Assembly (NCBI GenBank): GCA_965222075.1
Contig: OZ244937.1
Span: 3,168,001 to 3,232,000 of the forward strand
Reading direction: 5' to 3'
DNA: 64,000 bases
Source: Candidatus Latescibacterota bacterium
Lineage (GTDB): Bacteria; Latescibacterota; UBA2968; GCA-2709665
Position numbers and translations under genes: made by a program. Positions within the stretch are counted from its first letter, which is position 1. Each line of letters starts with the position of its first letter. A model generated the notes under the pieces. That model saw only the letters and a list, made by a program, of their open reading frames with translations. It did not search any database and was not told the origin of the DNA. Below, one piece after another: positions 1 to 10,587 of this stretch.

Positions 1-2
1 AT

Positions 3-905
3 GACGGCAGGAACTTTGACGGAGTTTTCGTACATGTTGAGGGGACGGGTGCCGTTGCCTTTGCCCCAGAAGCCGTGGTGCCCACAGGAAAAGCCGTTGT
101 CGCTGACGAAGACGACGAGGGTGTTCTCACGGATGCTGAGGGCTTCGAGTTTGTCCAGGATGCGGCCGACGTCAACGTCCATGGCGGTGACGGCGGCGAA
201 GTAGCCTTTGAGCATCTCCCGGTTGCCCAGGCAATTTGTGGTGAGGGAGATGGCCCAGGGGTGGCGGGGTTCCTGCGGGCAGGACTCGAAGGGGCAGTCG
301 TCGTAGGCGTCGACGATATCTTGCGGATGTCCGGTCCAGGGGCTGTGGGGCGCGGTGTAGTGGACGCTGAGGTAGAAGGGGTTGTCGTCCTGGGCATGGC
401 GGTCAATGAAGGCGAGGGCGTCGTCGGTGATGGCGCTGGTGACGTAGCCGGATTGGGTGATCAGTTCCGCGTTTCGCACCATCGGCGCATCTTTGTAGGG
501 GCCGCCGCCCCGCTGGTGGACAAACCAGTGGGAAAAGCCATGCTGGGAGATCTGGCTGTTGCCCAGGTGCCACTTGCCGCTGATGCCGCAGGTCCAGCCG
601 TGCTCGGACAGGATGTCTGTGTAGGCGATCTCTCCTTCTAAGTAGGCGGCGGCGTCCGGGCCGATGTTGCCACCGCGGATCCAGTCGTGCACGCCGTGCT
701 GGGAGGAGATGCGCCCGGTGAGGTAGGTGGCGCGGCTGGGGGAGCAGACGGGCGTGGCGACGAAGAAGTTTTCGAAGCGGATGCCGGTGGCGGCGATCCG
801 GTCAATGCCGGGGGTGCGGATTTCGGGATTGCCGTAGCATCCGGCTGCCCAGACGCCCTGGTCGTCGGTGAGGATGAAGACGATGTTGGGCCTTTCAGAA
901 GGCAT
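3..905 (-). CDS. Sulfatase (Cys-type, formylglycine-dependent); C-terminal part lies outside the window
   Basis: Manual translation from ATG at 905 (GGAGG upstream): MPSERPNIVFILTDDQG...ATPVCSPSRATYLTGR, carrying the CxPxR motif; absent from the ORF track because it runs off the window. Confidence 0.92.
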   Translation of the reverse strand, partial: MPSERPNIVFILTDDQGVWAAGCYGNPEIRTPGIDRIAATGIRFENFFVATPVCSPSRATYLTGRISSQHGVHDWIRGGNIGPDAAAYLEGEIAYTDILSEHGWTCGISGKWHLGNSQISQHGFSHWFVHQRGGGPYKDAPMVRNAELITQSGYVTSAITDDALAFIDRHAQDDNPFYLSVHYTAPHSPWTGHPQDIVDAYDDCPFESCPQEPRHPWAISLTTNCLGNREMLKGYFAAVTAMDVDVGRILDKLEALSIRENTLVVFVSDNGFSCGHHGFWGKGNGTRPLNMYENSVKVPAV

Positions 906-1162
906 AGGACCTCCTGTTTGAACCGGGGTGGGAGACGATCCTAAATGATACACACCAATAGTGCAATCTAATGCGCACGAGGAGAAAATGCAAGGCGAAT
1001 GACACCCCGTTCCCATGGAGCGGCGCCCGATTTTACTTGATTCTTCCGAGGGTAGAGGGGTATCTTACCTGTGATCTGTTTTTTCTGCCGCACAGACGAT
1101 CCCAACCAGGGAGAAGGAAGCAGTCATAAGGGGGCCGCGTCCCCGGTGTCTGGTTAAGGCTT

Positions 1163-3700
1163 ATGGAAACGCTACTGGACCTGCTCTCCGATATTCGCCG
1201 TCTGGACGAGCGGGAGGCTATCCGGTTTACGGATGGGTTCCGCACGCAGAGGCTGTCCTACCGGGAGGTCTACGACCGGATCGGCGGGTTTGTGCGCATT
1301 CTGGACGAGCGGGGATTTCAGAAGGGGGACCGTTTGCTTCTGTGGGGGGAGAACCGGCCGGAGTGGGCGGTCGTCTTCTGGGGGTGCGTGGCCCGGGGGG
1401 TGGCGGCCGTACCGATCGATCTCCATTCCTCCCCCCGGCTGGTTCAGCGCCTGCAGGAAGAGGTGAAGGCCCGGCTGCTGGTACACGGCGAGGCGGTGGA
1501 GGCGGAGGCGGTGGAGGCGGAACGGCTCTCCTTTGAGCAGGTGGCCGACCTGGAGAGAGACGGATCGTTTCAGGCTTCCGAGGTTTCGAGTAACGATATT
1601 GTGGAGATCGTCTATACGTCCGGAACGACCGGAGAGCCGAAGGGGGTCGTGCACCGGCACCGGAACATCTGCGCGAATCTGAGGGCCTTTCGGGAGGGGA
1701 TCAACCGCTACCGGAACCGCCTCCGGCCCTTCCAGCCGGTTCGCGTGCTGGACCTGCTTCCGCTTTCCCACATGTTCGGCCAGTCGCTGGGGCTGTTTAT
1801 TCCAGTGCTTTTAGAAGGGGCAGCGGTGTTTATGCTGGACCTGCATCCGGGCGAGGTTGTTGAGACGATCCGGCGGGAACGGGCCTCTGCACTGGTGTGT
1901 GTTCCGCGCCTGCTGAGCATTTTACAGCACGAGGTGGCGCGGCGGTTCAAGATTGCAGACGGTGAGGAAGCGCAGCAGGCGGGCCTCCTGAGGCGAGTGT
2001 GGCAACACCGGAAGGTGCACGCGGCGTTCGGATGGAAGTTCTGGTTTATTGTGGTGGGAGGCGCCCGGGTGGAGCCGGAGATGGAGGCGTTCTGGTCTCG
2101 GCTCGGGTTTGGGGTGGTGCAGGGCTACGGGTTGACGGAGGCCAGCCCGGTGGTGGCGCTCAACCACCCGCTCCGGGCGCGCGCCGGGTCGCTGGGAAAG
2201 GCGCTGGAGGGGCAGGAGGTGAAGATCGCACCGGACGGGGAGATCCTGGTGCGGGGGGAGAGCATTGTTTCGGACTATTACGGAGGCGGAGAGACGGAAA
2301 AGGTGACCCGGGACGGGTGGCTGCATACGGGGGATATCGGGGAGATGGACGCGGAGGGGCGTCTGTATTATAAGGGCCGGAAGAAGGAAGTGATTGTGAC
2401 TTCCGAAGGCCTGAACGTGTTCCCCCAGGATGTGGAGGCGGTGCTGGACCGATTTCCGGAGGTGAGGGAGAGCGCGGTGGTGGGTTTGCGCCGGAATGGG
2501 AACGAGCAGGTGCACGCGGTCCTGGTGTTGAGCGATCCGGTGGCGGACCCGGAAGCCCTTGTGCAGCGGGCCAACCGGGAGTTAGAGGCCCACCAGCGCA
2601 TCCGGGGCTGGACAGTGTGGTCCAGGGAGTGCCTTCCCCGGACGGCGTCTACGTTCAAGATCAAGCGTCACGAGGTGGCAAACCGCCTGGCCGGAGAGGG
2701 TCCGCAGGCGGAGCCGGAGGCGGTCGGGGTGGAGGGCGTCTTAGCCGGGCTGACCGGGAGGGCGGCATCGAAGTTGAAGGCGGAGCACCATTTGGCGGAA
2801 GACCTGGGGCTGTCGTCCTTAGAGCTGGTGGACCTGCTGGCGGCGATGGAGGCCCATTGTGGGGTGACGCTGGACGAGGAGGCATTTACCCGCCTTTCAA
2901 CGGTGGGCGATCTCAAGACCTGGGTGGAACGGGCGGAGCCCGGGGAGGAGGCCGGCGTTGCGCGTATCGCCGGGAGGAGCCGGATGGCACGCGGGCCGGT
3001 ACGCCTGCCCCGGTGGCCGCGGTTTTGGCCGGTTCACTGGATTCGTATTGGGGCTTTAGAGGGCATGCTCCTGCCGTTCTTGCGCCTCTACCTGAACCTG
3101 TCGGTGGACGGAGGCGCACACCTCAAAGACATCCGGCCTCCCGTGCTGTTTGCGGCCAACCATACGAGCCACTTGGATACGCCCGCAATCCTTTCGGCGC
3201 TGCCCGCTACCCTGCGCCGCCGTCTGACGCCAGCGATGCGGCAGAACTATTTTCAGGCCTATTTCCACCCCGAGCGGTTTTCCCTTCCGGAGCGGGTGGG
3301 CAAAGGGATTCAATACTGGATGGTGTGCGGCCTCCTCAATGCCTTCCCGCTGCCCCAGGACGCAGGAGGCGTGCGCCAGGCGCTGAAATATATGGGCCAT
3401 CTCACCGACCGGGGCCTCTGTCCGCTGGTTTTTCCGGAGGGCAGGCGCACGACGGACGGGAAGTTCCAGCCCTTCCAGGCCGGCATCGGCCTGATGGCGC
3501 TGCGCCTGCAGGTTCCGGTGGTGCCGGTCCACATCCAAGGGCTGTTCGAGGCTCTTCCTCCCGGTCGGTTCTGGCCTCGGCCCGGGGCGGCGCGGGTGAG
3601 CATCGGGCGACCGATCCGTTTCAAGGCAGGACAGGGCTACCGGGAGGTCGCCCGGCAGGTAGAGGCGGCGATTCGGGAGATAGAACCTGACGACGCGTAA
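1163..3700 (+). CDS. Long-chain acyl-CoA/ACP synthetase - carrier protein - PlsC acyltransferase fusion (Aas-like)
   Basis: YTSGTTGEPKG, GYGLTE and WLHTGD AMP-binding motifs; DLGLSSL phosphopantetheine site; NHTSHLD and FPEGRR acyltransferase motifs. Confidence 0.9.
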   Translation: METLLDLLSDIRRLDEREAIRFTDGFRTQRLSYREVYDRIGGFVRILDERGFQKGDRLLLWGENRPEWAVVFWGCVARGVAAVPIDLHSSPRLVQRLQEEVKARLLVHGEAVEAEAVEAERLSFEQVADLERDGSFQASEVSSNDIVEIVYTSGTTGEPKGVVHRHRNICANLRAFREGINRYRNRLRPFQPVRVLDLLPLSHMFGQSLGLFIPVLLEGAAVFMLDLHPGEVVETIRRERASALVCVPRLLSILQHEVARRFKIADGEEAQQAGLLRRVWQHRKVHAAFGWKFWFIVVGGARVEPEMEAFWSRLGFGVVQGYGLTEASPVVALNHPLRARAGSLGKALEGQEVKIAPDGEILVRGESIVSDYYGGGETEKVTRDGWLHTGDIGEMDAEGRLYYKGRKKEVIVTSEGLNVFPQDVEAVLDRFPEVRESAVVGLRRNGNEQVHAVLVLSDPVADPEALVQRANRELEAHQRIRGWTVWSRECLPRTASTFKIKRHEVANRLAGEGPQAEPEAVGVEGVLAGLTGRAASKLKAEHHLAEDLGLSSLELVDLLAAMEAHCGVTLDEEAFTRLSTVGDLKTWVERAEPGEEAGVARIAGRSRMARGPVRLPRWPRFWPVHWIRIGALEGMLLPFLRLYLNLSVDGGAHLKDIRPPVLFAANHTSHLDTPAILSALPATLRRRLTPAMRQNYFQAYFHPERFSLPERVGKGIQYWMVCGLLNAFPLPQDAGGVRQALKYMGHLTDRGLCPLVFPEGRRTTDGKFQPFQAGIGLMALRLQVPVVPVHIQGLFEALPPGRFWPRPGAARVSIGRPIRFKAGQGYREVARQVEAAIREIEPDDA

Positions 3701-3740
3701 GTACAGGACCTATCCCTGGTCCTCCCCTAAGGAGATCGAT

Positions 3741-4499
3741 ATGGCGCAAAAACGGGTCCTGATCACCGGCATGAGCGGGCTGATCGGCGGGGCGGTGCGC
3801 AGGCAGCTGGAGGGCAAATATGCGCTACGCGCGTTGAACCGGCGCGATGTGCCGGGGGTCGAATGCCACCGGGCGGATATTGCCGATCTGGAGGCGATTC
3901 TACCCGCGTTTAACGGAGTGGACGCGGTGGTGCACTTAGCGGCGAGCATCCGGGGAGGCTGGGAGGAGATGCTCCGGCACAATATCATCGGTACGTATCA
4001 CGTGTTTGAGGCCTCCCGCCGGGCCGGGGTGGCGCGGGTTGTCTACGCCAGCAGCGGTTCGACGATTGCGGGATGGGAGCGGGAGATGCCCTACAAGGCG
4101 CTGTCAGAGGGGCGCTATGAGGAGGCGTCGGAGGGGTGGATGATGCTGACCCACGAAACGCCGATCCGGCCGGGCGGACTTTACGGGTGCAGCAAGGTGT
4201 GGGGAGAGGCCTTAGCCCGGCACTTTACGGATACGTCCGACCTTTCGATCCTCTGTCTGCGCATCGGCGCGGTCCTGAAAGAGGACCGGCCGCAGCAGAC
4301 CCGACACGTTCCGGTCTGGTGCAGCCAGAGGGATATTGCGCGGCTGGTGGAGCGGTGCATCGAGGCACCCGGTGAGGTCCGATTCGATATTTTCTACGCG
4401 GTCTCGAACAACCGATGGAGCTACCGGGATATGGCGCATGCGCGGGAGGTGCTGGGGTTTGCGGCGGAGGATTCGGTGGAAGAGAAGGTTGGGAGTTGA
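3741..4499 (+). CDS. NAD-dependent epimerase/dehydratase (uronate dehydrogenase-like SDR)
   Basis: TGMSGLIG Rossmann motif, YGCSK catalytic motif, AGGAG RBS. Confidence 0.85.
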   Translation: MAQKRVLITGMSGLIGGAVRRQLEGKYALRALNRRDVPGVECHRADIADLEAILPAFNGVDAVVHLAASIRGGWEEMLRHNIIGTYHVFEASRRAGVARVVYASSGSTIAGWEREMPYKALSEGRYEEASEGWMMLTHETPIRPGGLYGCSKVWGEALARHFTDTSDLSILCLRIGAVLKEDRPQQTRHVPVWCSQRDIARLVERCIEAPGEVRFDIFYAVSNNRWSYRDMAHAREVLGFAAEDSVEEKVGS

Positions 4500-4527
4500 A
4501 GATTTGAGGATTGAGGAGGTTCGGGGA

Positions 4528-5196
4528 ATGAGGATTCAGGCGGTGTTGTTTGACGGGTACGGGACGCTGTTTGAGGATGCAATGGGGGAACTGATGGCGT
4601 CGTGCGCCCAGATCGTGCGGGAACAGGGGCTGGAGGTGGATGCGAAGGGGTTCCTGGACGTTTGGGATGGATACTTTTTTTCCATGATTCGGGGCGGGGC
4701 TTTCTTCCCGCTTCGGGTGGCGAACCGGCTGAGCTTGGAGCGGGCGTTCGAGGAGCTTCAAGTCAACGCGGAGGTGGGGCGATATGTGGATTCGCTTTTC
4801 GAACGGTTCGGCAGGTGCCGGACGTATGCCGATGTGAGGCCCGCGCTGGAGCGCCTGAAAGGCTACGCGACCGGGGTCGTGTCGAACGCGGATTCGGACC
4901 ACCTGGACGAGGCACTGAAACGGAACGGGCTGCGGTTTCCGGTGGTGGTGAGTTCGGAATCGGCCAGGTGTTACAAGCCGAAGCCGGGGATTTTTCAGGA
5001 GGCGCTGGATTTGATGGGCTGCAAGCCGGAGGAGGCGCTCTACGTGGGGGACTCCCAGGAGGACGATATTGTGGGGGCCAGGCGGGCGGAGATGCGGGTT
5101 GCGTGGCTGAACCGGAGGGGGGAGGCGCTGAAGGCAGAGACGCCAAGGCCGGATTATGAGATTCGGAGTTTGCAGGAGGTGCCGGGGATTGTGTGA
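4528..5196 (+). CDS. HAD-family hydrolase
   Basis: FDGYGTL, SN, KP and GDSQEDDI motifs; start moved to ATG 4528 behind GGAGG. Confidence 0.88.
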   Translation: MRIQAVLFDGYGTLFEDAMGELMASCAQIVREQGLEVDAKGFLDVWDGYFFSMIRGGAFFPLRVANRLSLERAFEELQVNAEVGRYVDSLFERFGRCRTYADVRPALERLKGYATGVVSNADSDHLDEALKRNGLRFPVVVSSESARCYKPKPGIFQEALDLMGCKPEEALYVGDSQEDDIVGARRAEMRVAWLNRRGEALKAETPRPDYEIRSLQEVPGIV

Positions 5197-5231
5197 GAGG
5201 AAACCGCGTGAGGGTAGATAGACCTATGCAT

Positions 5232-5282
5232 AAAAAAGGCCTGTGGTCCCACCCCGCAAGACGGGCCGCAGGCCTTTTTTTT
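5232..5282. terminator. Bidirectional intrinsic terminator
   Basis: AAAAAAGGCCTGTGG...CCGCAGGCCTTTTTTTT hairpin between convergent genes. Confidence 0.8.
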
Positions 5283-5290
5283 ATCCCGAG

Positions 5291-6133
5291 CTACTTCTCG
5301 ATGGGTGCCCGGATAAGATTGCCCCACTCGGTCCAGGAGCCGTCGTAGTTGCGGACCTGGTCGAAGCCGAGGAGGTACTTCAGGACGAACCAGGAATGGG
5401 AGGACCGCTCGCCGATGCGGCAGTAGACGACGGTTTCCCGGTCGCCGGTGACGCCCTGATCGGCGTAGAGAGACCTGAGTTCGTCGTGGGACTTGAAGGT
5501 ACCGTCTTCGTTGACGGCCTGCGCCCAGGGGATGTTGGATGCGCCGGGAATGTGGCCGCCCCGCTGGCAGGTCTCGTTGAGGCCGGGGGGGGCCAGGATC
5601 TTGCCGGTGAACTCATCGGGGGAACGGACGTCAACCAGGGGACCGCCTCCCTCGACATGTACTTCGACCTGATTCCGGTAGGCGCGGATGTTTTCGTCCG
5701 GGTCGCTGGCCGAATAGGCGGCCGGGGTGACGCTGGGGGCGTCGGTCGTCAGGTCCCGGCCCTCTTCGATCCACTTGGCGCGGCCCCCGTTCATCAGTTT
5801 CAGCCTGCTGTCGTCGTGGCCGTAGTAGAGGAGTTCCCACAAGGCCCAGGCGGCAAACCAGTTGTTGTTGTCGCCATAGAGGACGACGGTGGCGTTATTG
5901 GAGATGCCGGACTGCCCCATGAGGGCCTCAAAGTCGGCTTTGGATGCGAGGTCCCGGGTGAGGGGGTCCTGCAGCTGGGTCTGCCAGTTCCAGCCGACCG
6001 CACCCGCGATATGTCCCTCTTCGTAGGCCGATGTATCCACATCGACTTCCGCGATTCGGATGCCCGGATCGTTCAGGTTGTCCGCTACCCACTGGGTGGA
6101 GACCAGGGCGTCTGGATGGGCGTAGCCTGCCAT
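5291..6133 (-). CDS. Thiosulfate/3-mercaptopyruvate sulfurtransferase (tandem rhodanese)
   Basis: GHIAGA and GHIPGA repeats, YCRIGERS active loop, YDGSWTEW C-terminal signature. Confidence 0.93.
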   Translation of the reverse strand: MAGYAHPDALVSTQWVADNLNDPGIRIAEVDVDTSAYEEGHIAGAVGWNWQTQLQDPLTRDLASKADFEALMGQSGISNNATVVLYGDNNNWFAAWALWELLYYGHDDSRLKLMNGGRAKWIEEGRDLTTDAPSVTPAAYSASDPDENIRAYRNQVEVHVEGGGPLVDVRSPDEFTGKILAPPGLNETCQRGGHIPGASNIPWAQAVNEDGTFKSHDELRSLYADQGVTGDRETVVYCRIGERSSHSWFVLKYLLGFDQVRNYDGSWTEWGNLIRAPIEK

Positions 6134-6440
6134 GGGTTATCCTTTCTTTACTTTAAAATGGGGGGGTGGGGAAAGTGAGTATACGATGGATATATGAATG
6201 TTCGAAAATAGCCCAATGTCAAGGGAAAAGTGAAAGGGTGGCCCCCAAATGCGCTTAGATTCAAGGGAAGCGAGCCTTGCGTGTTGCTTGGGAAGTTCAC
6301 CGCAGAGATTTTTTGTCTTTCTCTGCGTTCTTTGCAGTCACGGGTCACGAGTCATCTGCGAGCCGGGGGTGTGCGGGGGCACGCGACTTTCGACTCGCGA
6401 CTGAATAACGAGATACGAACGACGACCAAGGAGGACAGCG

Positions 6441-7466
6441 ATGGAGTATCGCAGAATGGGACGCAGCGGGTTGAAGGTCTCAGAATTTTGTCTGGGAACG
6501 ATGACGTTTGGGCGCGACGCGGATGAAGCGGAGGCGGTGCGGATGGTGGACCTGGCCCTGGAGGCGGGCGTGAATTTCTTTGATACCGCAGATAACTACA
6601 GCGACGGAGCGTCGGAGGTCCTCCTGGGAAAGGCCCTCAAGGGCAGGCGGCGGGGCGTGGTGGTGGCCACCAAGTTTTTCAACCCTACGGGACCGGGGCC
6701 GAACGATTCCGGGATGTCGCGGGTGCATATTATGAATGCGATCGAGGACAGCCTGGGGCGCCTGGAGATGGATTACGTGGATATCTACTATATCCACCAT
6801 GTGGATGAGCAAACGCCCCTGGAAGAGATGCTCAGGGCCTTGGACGACCTGGTGCACCAGGGGAAGGTGCGGTATATTGCGTGCAGCAACTACCAGGCGT
6901 GGCGCCTGTGCGAGGCGCTGTGGATCAGCGAGACGAGGAATCTTGCCCGCTTCGAGTGTTACCAGCCCCAGTACAGCCTGGTGGTGCGGGATATCGAGCA
7001 GGAGGTGATGCCGCTGTGCCGCGAGAAAGGGCTGGGGGTGGTGGTGTGGAGCCCGCTGGGGGGGGGATTCCTGACGGGCAAGTACAAGCCGGGGGAACAC
7101 ACGCTTCCGGGGACGCGATCGGAGGAGGCGTGGGGGTATCCGCAGCGCTATTTTGCTGCCAGTGCAGATGAGAGCTTGCGCGCGCTTTTAGAGGTGGCCA
7201 AAGGGATGGGGCGCAGCCCGGGTGCGGTGGCGCTCCGCTGGGTGATGGACCAGCCGGGGATTACGTCGGCGATTGTGGGGGCGCGCAACGCCGAGCAGCT
7301 GCGAAGCAATCTGGGCGCCGTGGGCTGGCGTTTGGAGGGGGAAGCGCTGGAGCGCCTGAATACGGTTTCCCACCTGCCGGACCGCTATCCCGAGGCCATG
7401 GAGAAACGGATGCGCGAACGACGCGACGAGGCGGTGGAGGCACCGTCCCTTCAGAAATCACGTTGA
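6441..7466 (+). CDS. Aldo/keto reductase
   Basis: LGTMTFG, FDTADNY, ATK and WSPLGGG motifs. Confidence 0.92.
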   Translation: MEYRRMGRSGLKVSEFCLGTMTFGRDADEAEAVRMVDLALEAGVNFFDTADNYSDGASEVLLGKALKGRRRGVVVATKFFNPTGPGPNDSGMSRVHIMNAIEDSLGRLEMDYVDIYYIHHVDEQTPLEEMLRALDDLVHQGKVRYIACSNYQAWRLCEALWISETRNLARFECYQPQYSLVVRDIEQEVMPLCREKGLGVVVWSPLGGGFLTGKYKPGEHTLPGTRSEEAWGYPQRYFAASADESLRALLEVAKGMGRSPGAVALRWVMDQPGITSAIVGARNAEQLRSNLGAVGWRLEGEALERLNTVSHLPDRYPEAMEKRMRERRDEAVEAPSLQKSR

Positions 7467-7481
7467 CCTTTCAAACAGGGA

Positions 7482-8489
7482 ATGAGTACGATGCAAAGCA
7501 AACGGGTTGTATTCAGGGCGCAGGATAAGGTCCAGGTCGAACCGTTCGAGGTCGGAGCGCCCGGTCCGGGAGAGGTGCTGATCCGGACGGAAGTGACGCT
7601 GATCAGTCCAGGCACTGAGGGTGCCAACCTGATGGGGCTGCCCAATACGTCGCAGCGGTTTCCGAAGGGGGCAGGATATTCGAACGTGGGCAAGGTGCTG
7701 GAGGTGGGTGAGGGTGTGGAAGGGGTCGGACCGGGAGACCGGGTCACCTCCCACGGGGCGCACGCCAGCCATGTTATTGTGGGCGCAGACCGGTGTGCGG
7801 GGGTGCCGGAGGGGCTACCACCGGAGGCTGCGACCTTTTCCACCCTGACGGCCATCTCCATGCAGGGGGTGCGCAAGGCGCGGGTGGAGTTAGGCGAATC
7901 GGTGCTGGTTTTGGGGCAGGGGATCGTGGGGAATCTGGCGCTGCAGATCGCGCGGCTGCAGGGGGGGTATCCGGTGATCGGAGCGGACTTGGACGAGCGC
8001 CGGTTAGAGATCGCCCGGCAGGTGGGGGCGGATCACACGGTCCGGGTGGGTGTGGAGGATGTGGTGGGGGCCACGCAGGACCTCACGGATGGCGACGGCG
8101 CGCGGGTGGTGATCGAGGCGACGGGGGCCGCCGAGCCCGTAGTGGCGGCCTTTCAGGCCGCGGGCTGGTGCGGGCGTGTGGTGCTGCTGGCCAGCAGCCG
8201 GGGGGAGACGGAAAGGGTCAATTTTTACCGGGATGTGCACAAACGGGGGCTGACGGTCCTGGGCGCTCACAACTCGGTGCGCCCCAGGGTGGACGCCTCA
8301 CCCGGCTTCTGGTCGCTGGCGGAGGACGTGAAGCTGGGGCTGGCGCTGATGGCCGCCGGGCGCATCCGGGTGGACCCGCTGATAACCACCCGGGTTCCCT
8401 TCGACCAGGCCGCAGAGGCCTTCCACCTGGTAACCGAACAGCGGCGCGAGGCCCTCGGCATTCTGATCGACTGGAAGGAGACGGCATAA
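7482..8489 (+). CDS. MDR-family (zinc-binding type) alcohol/sugar-acid dehydrogenase
   Basis: ISPGTE, GYSNVG and GQGIVG motifs. Confidence 0.85.
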   Translation: MSTMQSKRVVFRAQDKVQVEPFEVGAPGPGEVLIRTEVTLISPGTEGANLMGLPNTSQRFPKGAGYSNVGKVLEVGEGVEGVGPGDRVTSHGAHASHVIVGADRCAGVPEGLPPEAATFSTLTAISMQGVRKARVELGESVLVLGQGIVGNLALQIARLQGGYPVIGADLDERRLEIARQVGADHTVRVGVEDVVGATQDLTDGDGARVVIEATGAAEPVVAAFQAAGWCGRVVLLASSRGETERVNFYRDVHKRGLTVLGAHNSVRPRVDASPGFWSLAEDVKLGLALMAAGRIRVDPLITTRVPFDQAAEAFHLVTEQRREALGILIDWKETA

Positions 8490-8516
8490 CGCTCAAATCG
8501 GCACGCACAAAAAATC

Positions 8517-8548
8517 AAGGCCCGACGGAGCATTCCGCCGGGCCTTTT
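8517..8548. terminator. Intrinsic terminator between convergent genes
   Basis: AAGGCCCGACGGA-GCAT-TCCGCCGGGCCTTTT hairpin. Confidence 0.7.
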
Positions 8549-8588
8549 CCTATCAGTCGTCGGTTGTCTGCATCTCTGCGGTGGCTGT

Positions 8589-10478
8589 CTACGGCGCTTC
8601 GGGAAAGTGGACTTTGTGGATTTCTTCGACCTGTTCGGGGGGAACGGGTTTGGAGAGGCCCACGTAGAAGGCGAGGTACCACATGACGAAGATACCGAAG
8701 CAGAGCATGAGGAGCTGCCAGACCCAGAGAGAGGGCAGGCCGAAGGGGGTCCAGGTGGCGGGCAGGTTCGGATCGGAAAAGAGGGTGTTGCCCACCACAG
8801 CGAAGGGGCCGAAGCCGACGAGGAACCAGATGACGGTGAGGGCCCAGGCTAAGGGGACGTGTCTGCGCCGGTCTTCGGGGATGCCGGAGACGGCCTGGAG
8901 GAAGCGGTGGTGTTTCGCTTTGGCGGCCTGCGCCTCACCGGTGTCGGGGAAGGCGAAGGAGACGATGAGGGTGACCAGGAGGTTGAAGAGAATGCCCCAG
9001 CCGGCGCTGTGGACTGTGAAGGGGTAGGGCCCCCAGGGCAGGCCGAAGAGGGCGACGGTCCGGTCGGTGAGGGTGACGGCGATCAGGCCGGCGACAAGGC
9101 CCCAGACAACGCCTTTTCGGGTGAGGCGCGGGAAGTAGCAGATGCCCATGAGGGCGGGATACATCTGGAAGCCGTACGCGACGGCGAGGCCGCCGAGCAT
9201 GACAATCGCGCCTGTGAACGTGGCGGCAACGGTGAGCGCGGCGAGAGCGACGAAGATGACGAAGATGCGGCCGCAGAGTTTCTGCACCCTGTCCGAGGCG
9301 TCGGGTGAGATATAGCGGCGGTAGATGTCGCGGGTGACCATGCCGCTGAAGGTGGACATGTAGGCGGCGCCGGTGCTTTGCATAGCGGCTAAGGCACAGA
9401 CGGCCAAGAGGCCGACGAGCCAGGGGACGCTTTGGGAGAGGAGGTTGATGAGCTGCGGGACGAGGTCTTTGTCGGTTGCACTTTCAAACACGCCGTTGGC
9501 GATCAGGATGTTGCCGCCCAGGCCCTGAAAGATGGTGAATGAGAAGAGGATAATGCCGATGACGATGGAGGAGGCCGCGACCTGCTGCCACCGGAAGGGC
9601 CGGCTCGTCCGGTTGGAGAAGGCCCACATGGAGAAGGCGGGGGAGGACTGGATGCCCATGAGAGCAAACATGTAGGTCATGCACATGATGCCGGTCCAGA
9701 CGCTGCCTTTTGCTTCTGAACCGGAAGAAACAAACTGAACCGCGCCGGGAATGGCGATATTTCGGGAGTGCCCGGCGGGGGTGAGGTTGTTTTTGGCGGC
9801 AAGGTCCTGTTGCACCAGATTGGCGATGCCTTCGGTAAAGCCCGACCATCCACCGGAGAAGCTGATGGCGATGCACCCCAGGATAACGATGCCGAGGGCG
9901 AGGAGAACGCACTGGACGCAGTCGACGTAGGCGACCGAGCGGAGGCCGCCGGCGGCGACGTAGATGATGACGATGGCGGAGAGGGCGAACATGCCGAATT
10001 CGAGGCTGACCAGGCCGTCGGTGAGGGTGTGGAAGAGGTCGCCGGAGGCCCGGAGCTGGACGCCGAGATAGGGGACGCTGAAGAGGGCGGCGACCAGCAC
10101 GGTGAGGAGGCGCATGGCGTTGCCGCCGTAGTAGTCGCTGTACATTTCGCCGGGTGTGATGTGCTGGAATGCCCGTCCGATAATCCACTGCCGCCTGAGG
10201 AAGAGGACGCCGGTGAAGGGGATGGTGAGGGCGTAGAAGGAGGCGAAAGCGTAGGGGAGGCCGTCTCTGAGGATGAGGCCGGGGTGGCCGATAAAGGTCC
10301 AGCCGGAAAAGCTGGTGGCGGTGGCGGCCAAGACAAAGACCCACAGGCCGATGGTGCGGCCGGCCACGAAGTAGTCGGCAGATGTACGGGAGCTGATCGC
10401 GCCTTTGATGCCCCAGAAGAGGCAGTAGGCCCAGTAGATGCCGACAAATACGAGGAGCCAGACGAGTTTTACTTCCAC
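8589..10478 (-). CDS. Sodium:solute symporter (SSS family)
   Basis: DYFVAGR, SFSGWTF, GGLRSVAYVD and AAMQST motifs; many TM helices; GTG start with GGGAGG. Confidence 0.9.
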   Translation of the reverse strand: MEVKLVWLLVFVGIYWAYCLFWGIKGAISSRTSADYFVAGRTIGLWVFVLAATATSFSGWTFIGHPGLILRDGLPYAFASFYALTIPFTGVLFLRRQWIIGRAFQHITPGEMYSDYYGGNAMRLLTVLVAALFSVPYLGVQLRASGDLFHTLTDGLVSLEFGMFALSAIVIIYVAAGGLRSVAYVDCVQCVLLALGIVILGCIAISFSGGWSGFTEGIANLVQQDLAAKNNLTPAGHSRNIAIPGAVQFVSSGSEAKGSVWTGIMCMTYMFALMGIQSSPAFSMWAFSNRTSRPFRWQQVAASSIVIGIILFSFTIFQGLGGNILIANGVFESATDKDLVPQLINLLSQSVPWLVGLLAVCALAAMQSTGAAYMSTFSGMVTRDIYRRYISPDASDRVQKLCGRIFVIFVALAALTVAATFTGAIVMLGGLAVAYGFQMYPALMGICYFPRLTRKGVVWGLVAGLIAVTLTDRTVALFGLPWGPYPFTVHSAGWGILFNLLVTLIVSFAFPDTGEAQAAKAKHHRFLQAVSGIPEDRRRHVPLAWALTVIWFLVGFGPFAVVGNTLFSDPNLPATWTPFGLPSLWVWQLLMLCFGIFVMWYLAFYVGLSKPVPPEQVEEIHKVHFPEAP

Positions 10479-10587
10479 GGCGTGTGTCCCTCCCTTGATG
10501 GGGAAGTGAAAAATATAAAATAGGAGACCCCTTCAAGTTATGGTGAATTTTTGCATTTTGCAATGAAATTTTTGCATTTCCCATTTT

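Noticed and set aside
75-944. Plus-strand ORFs 75..641 and 687..944
   Set aside because: They are antisense to the sulfatase, which has the CxPxR motif on the minus strand
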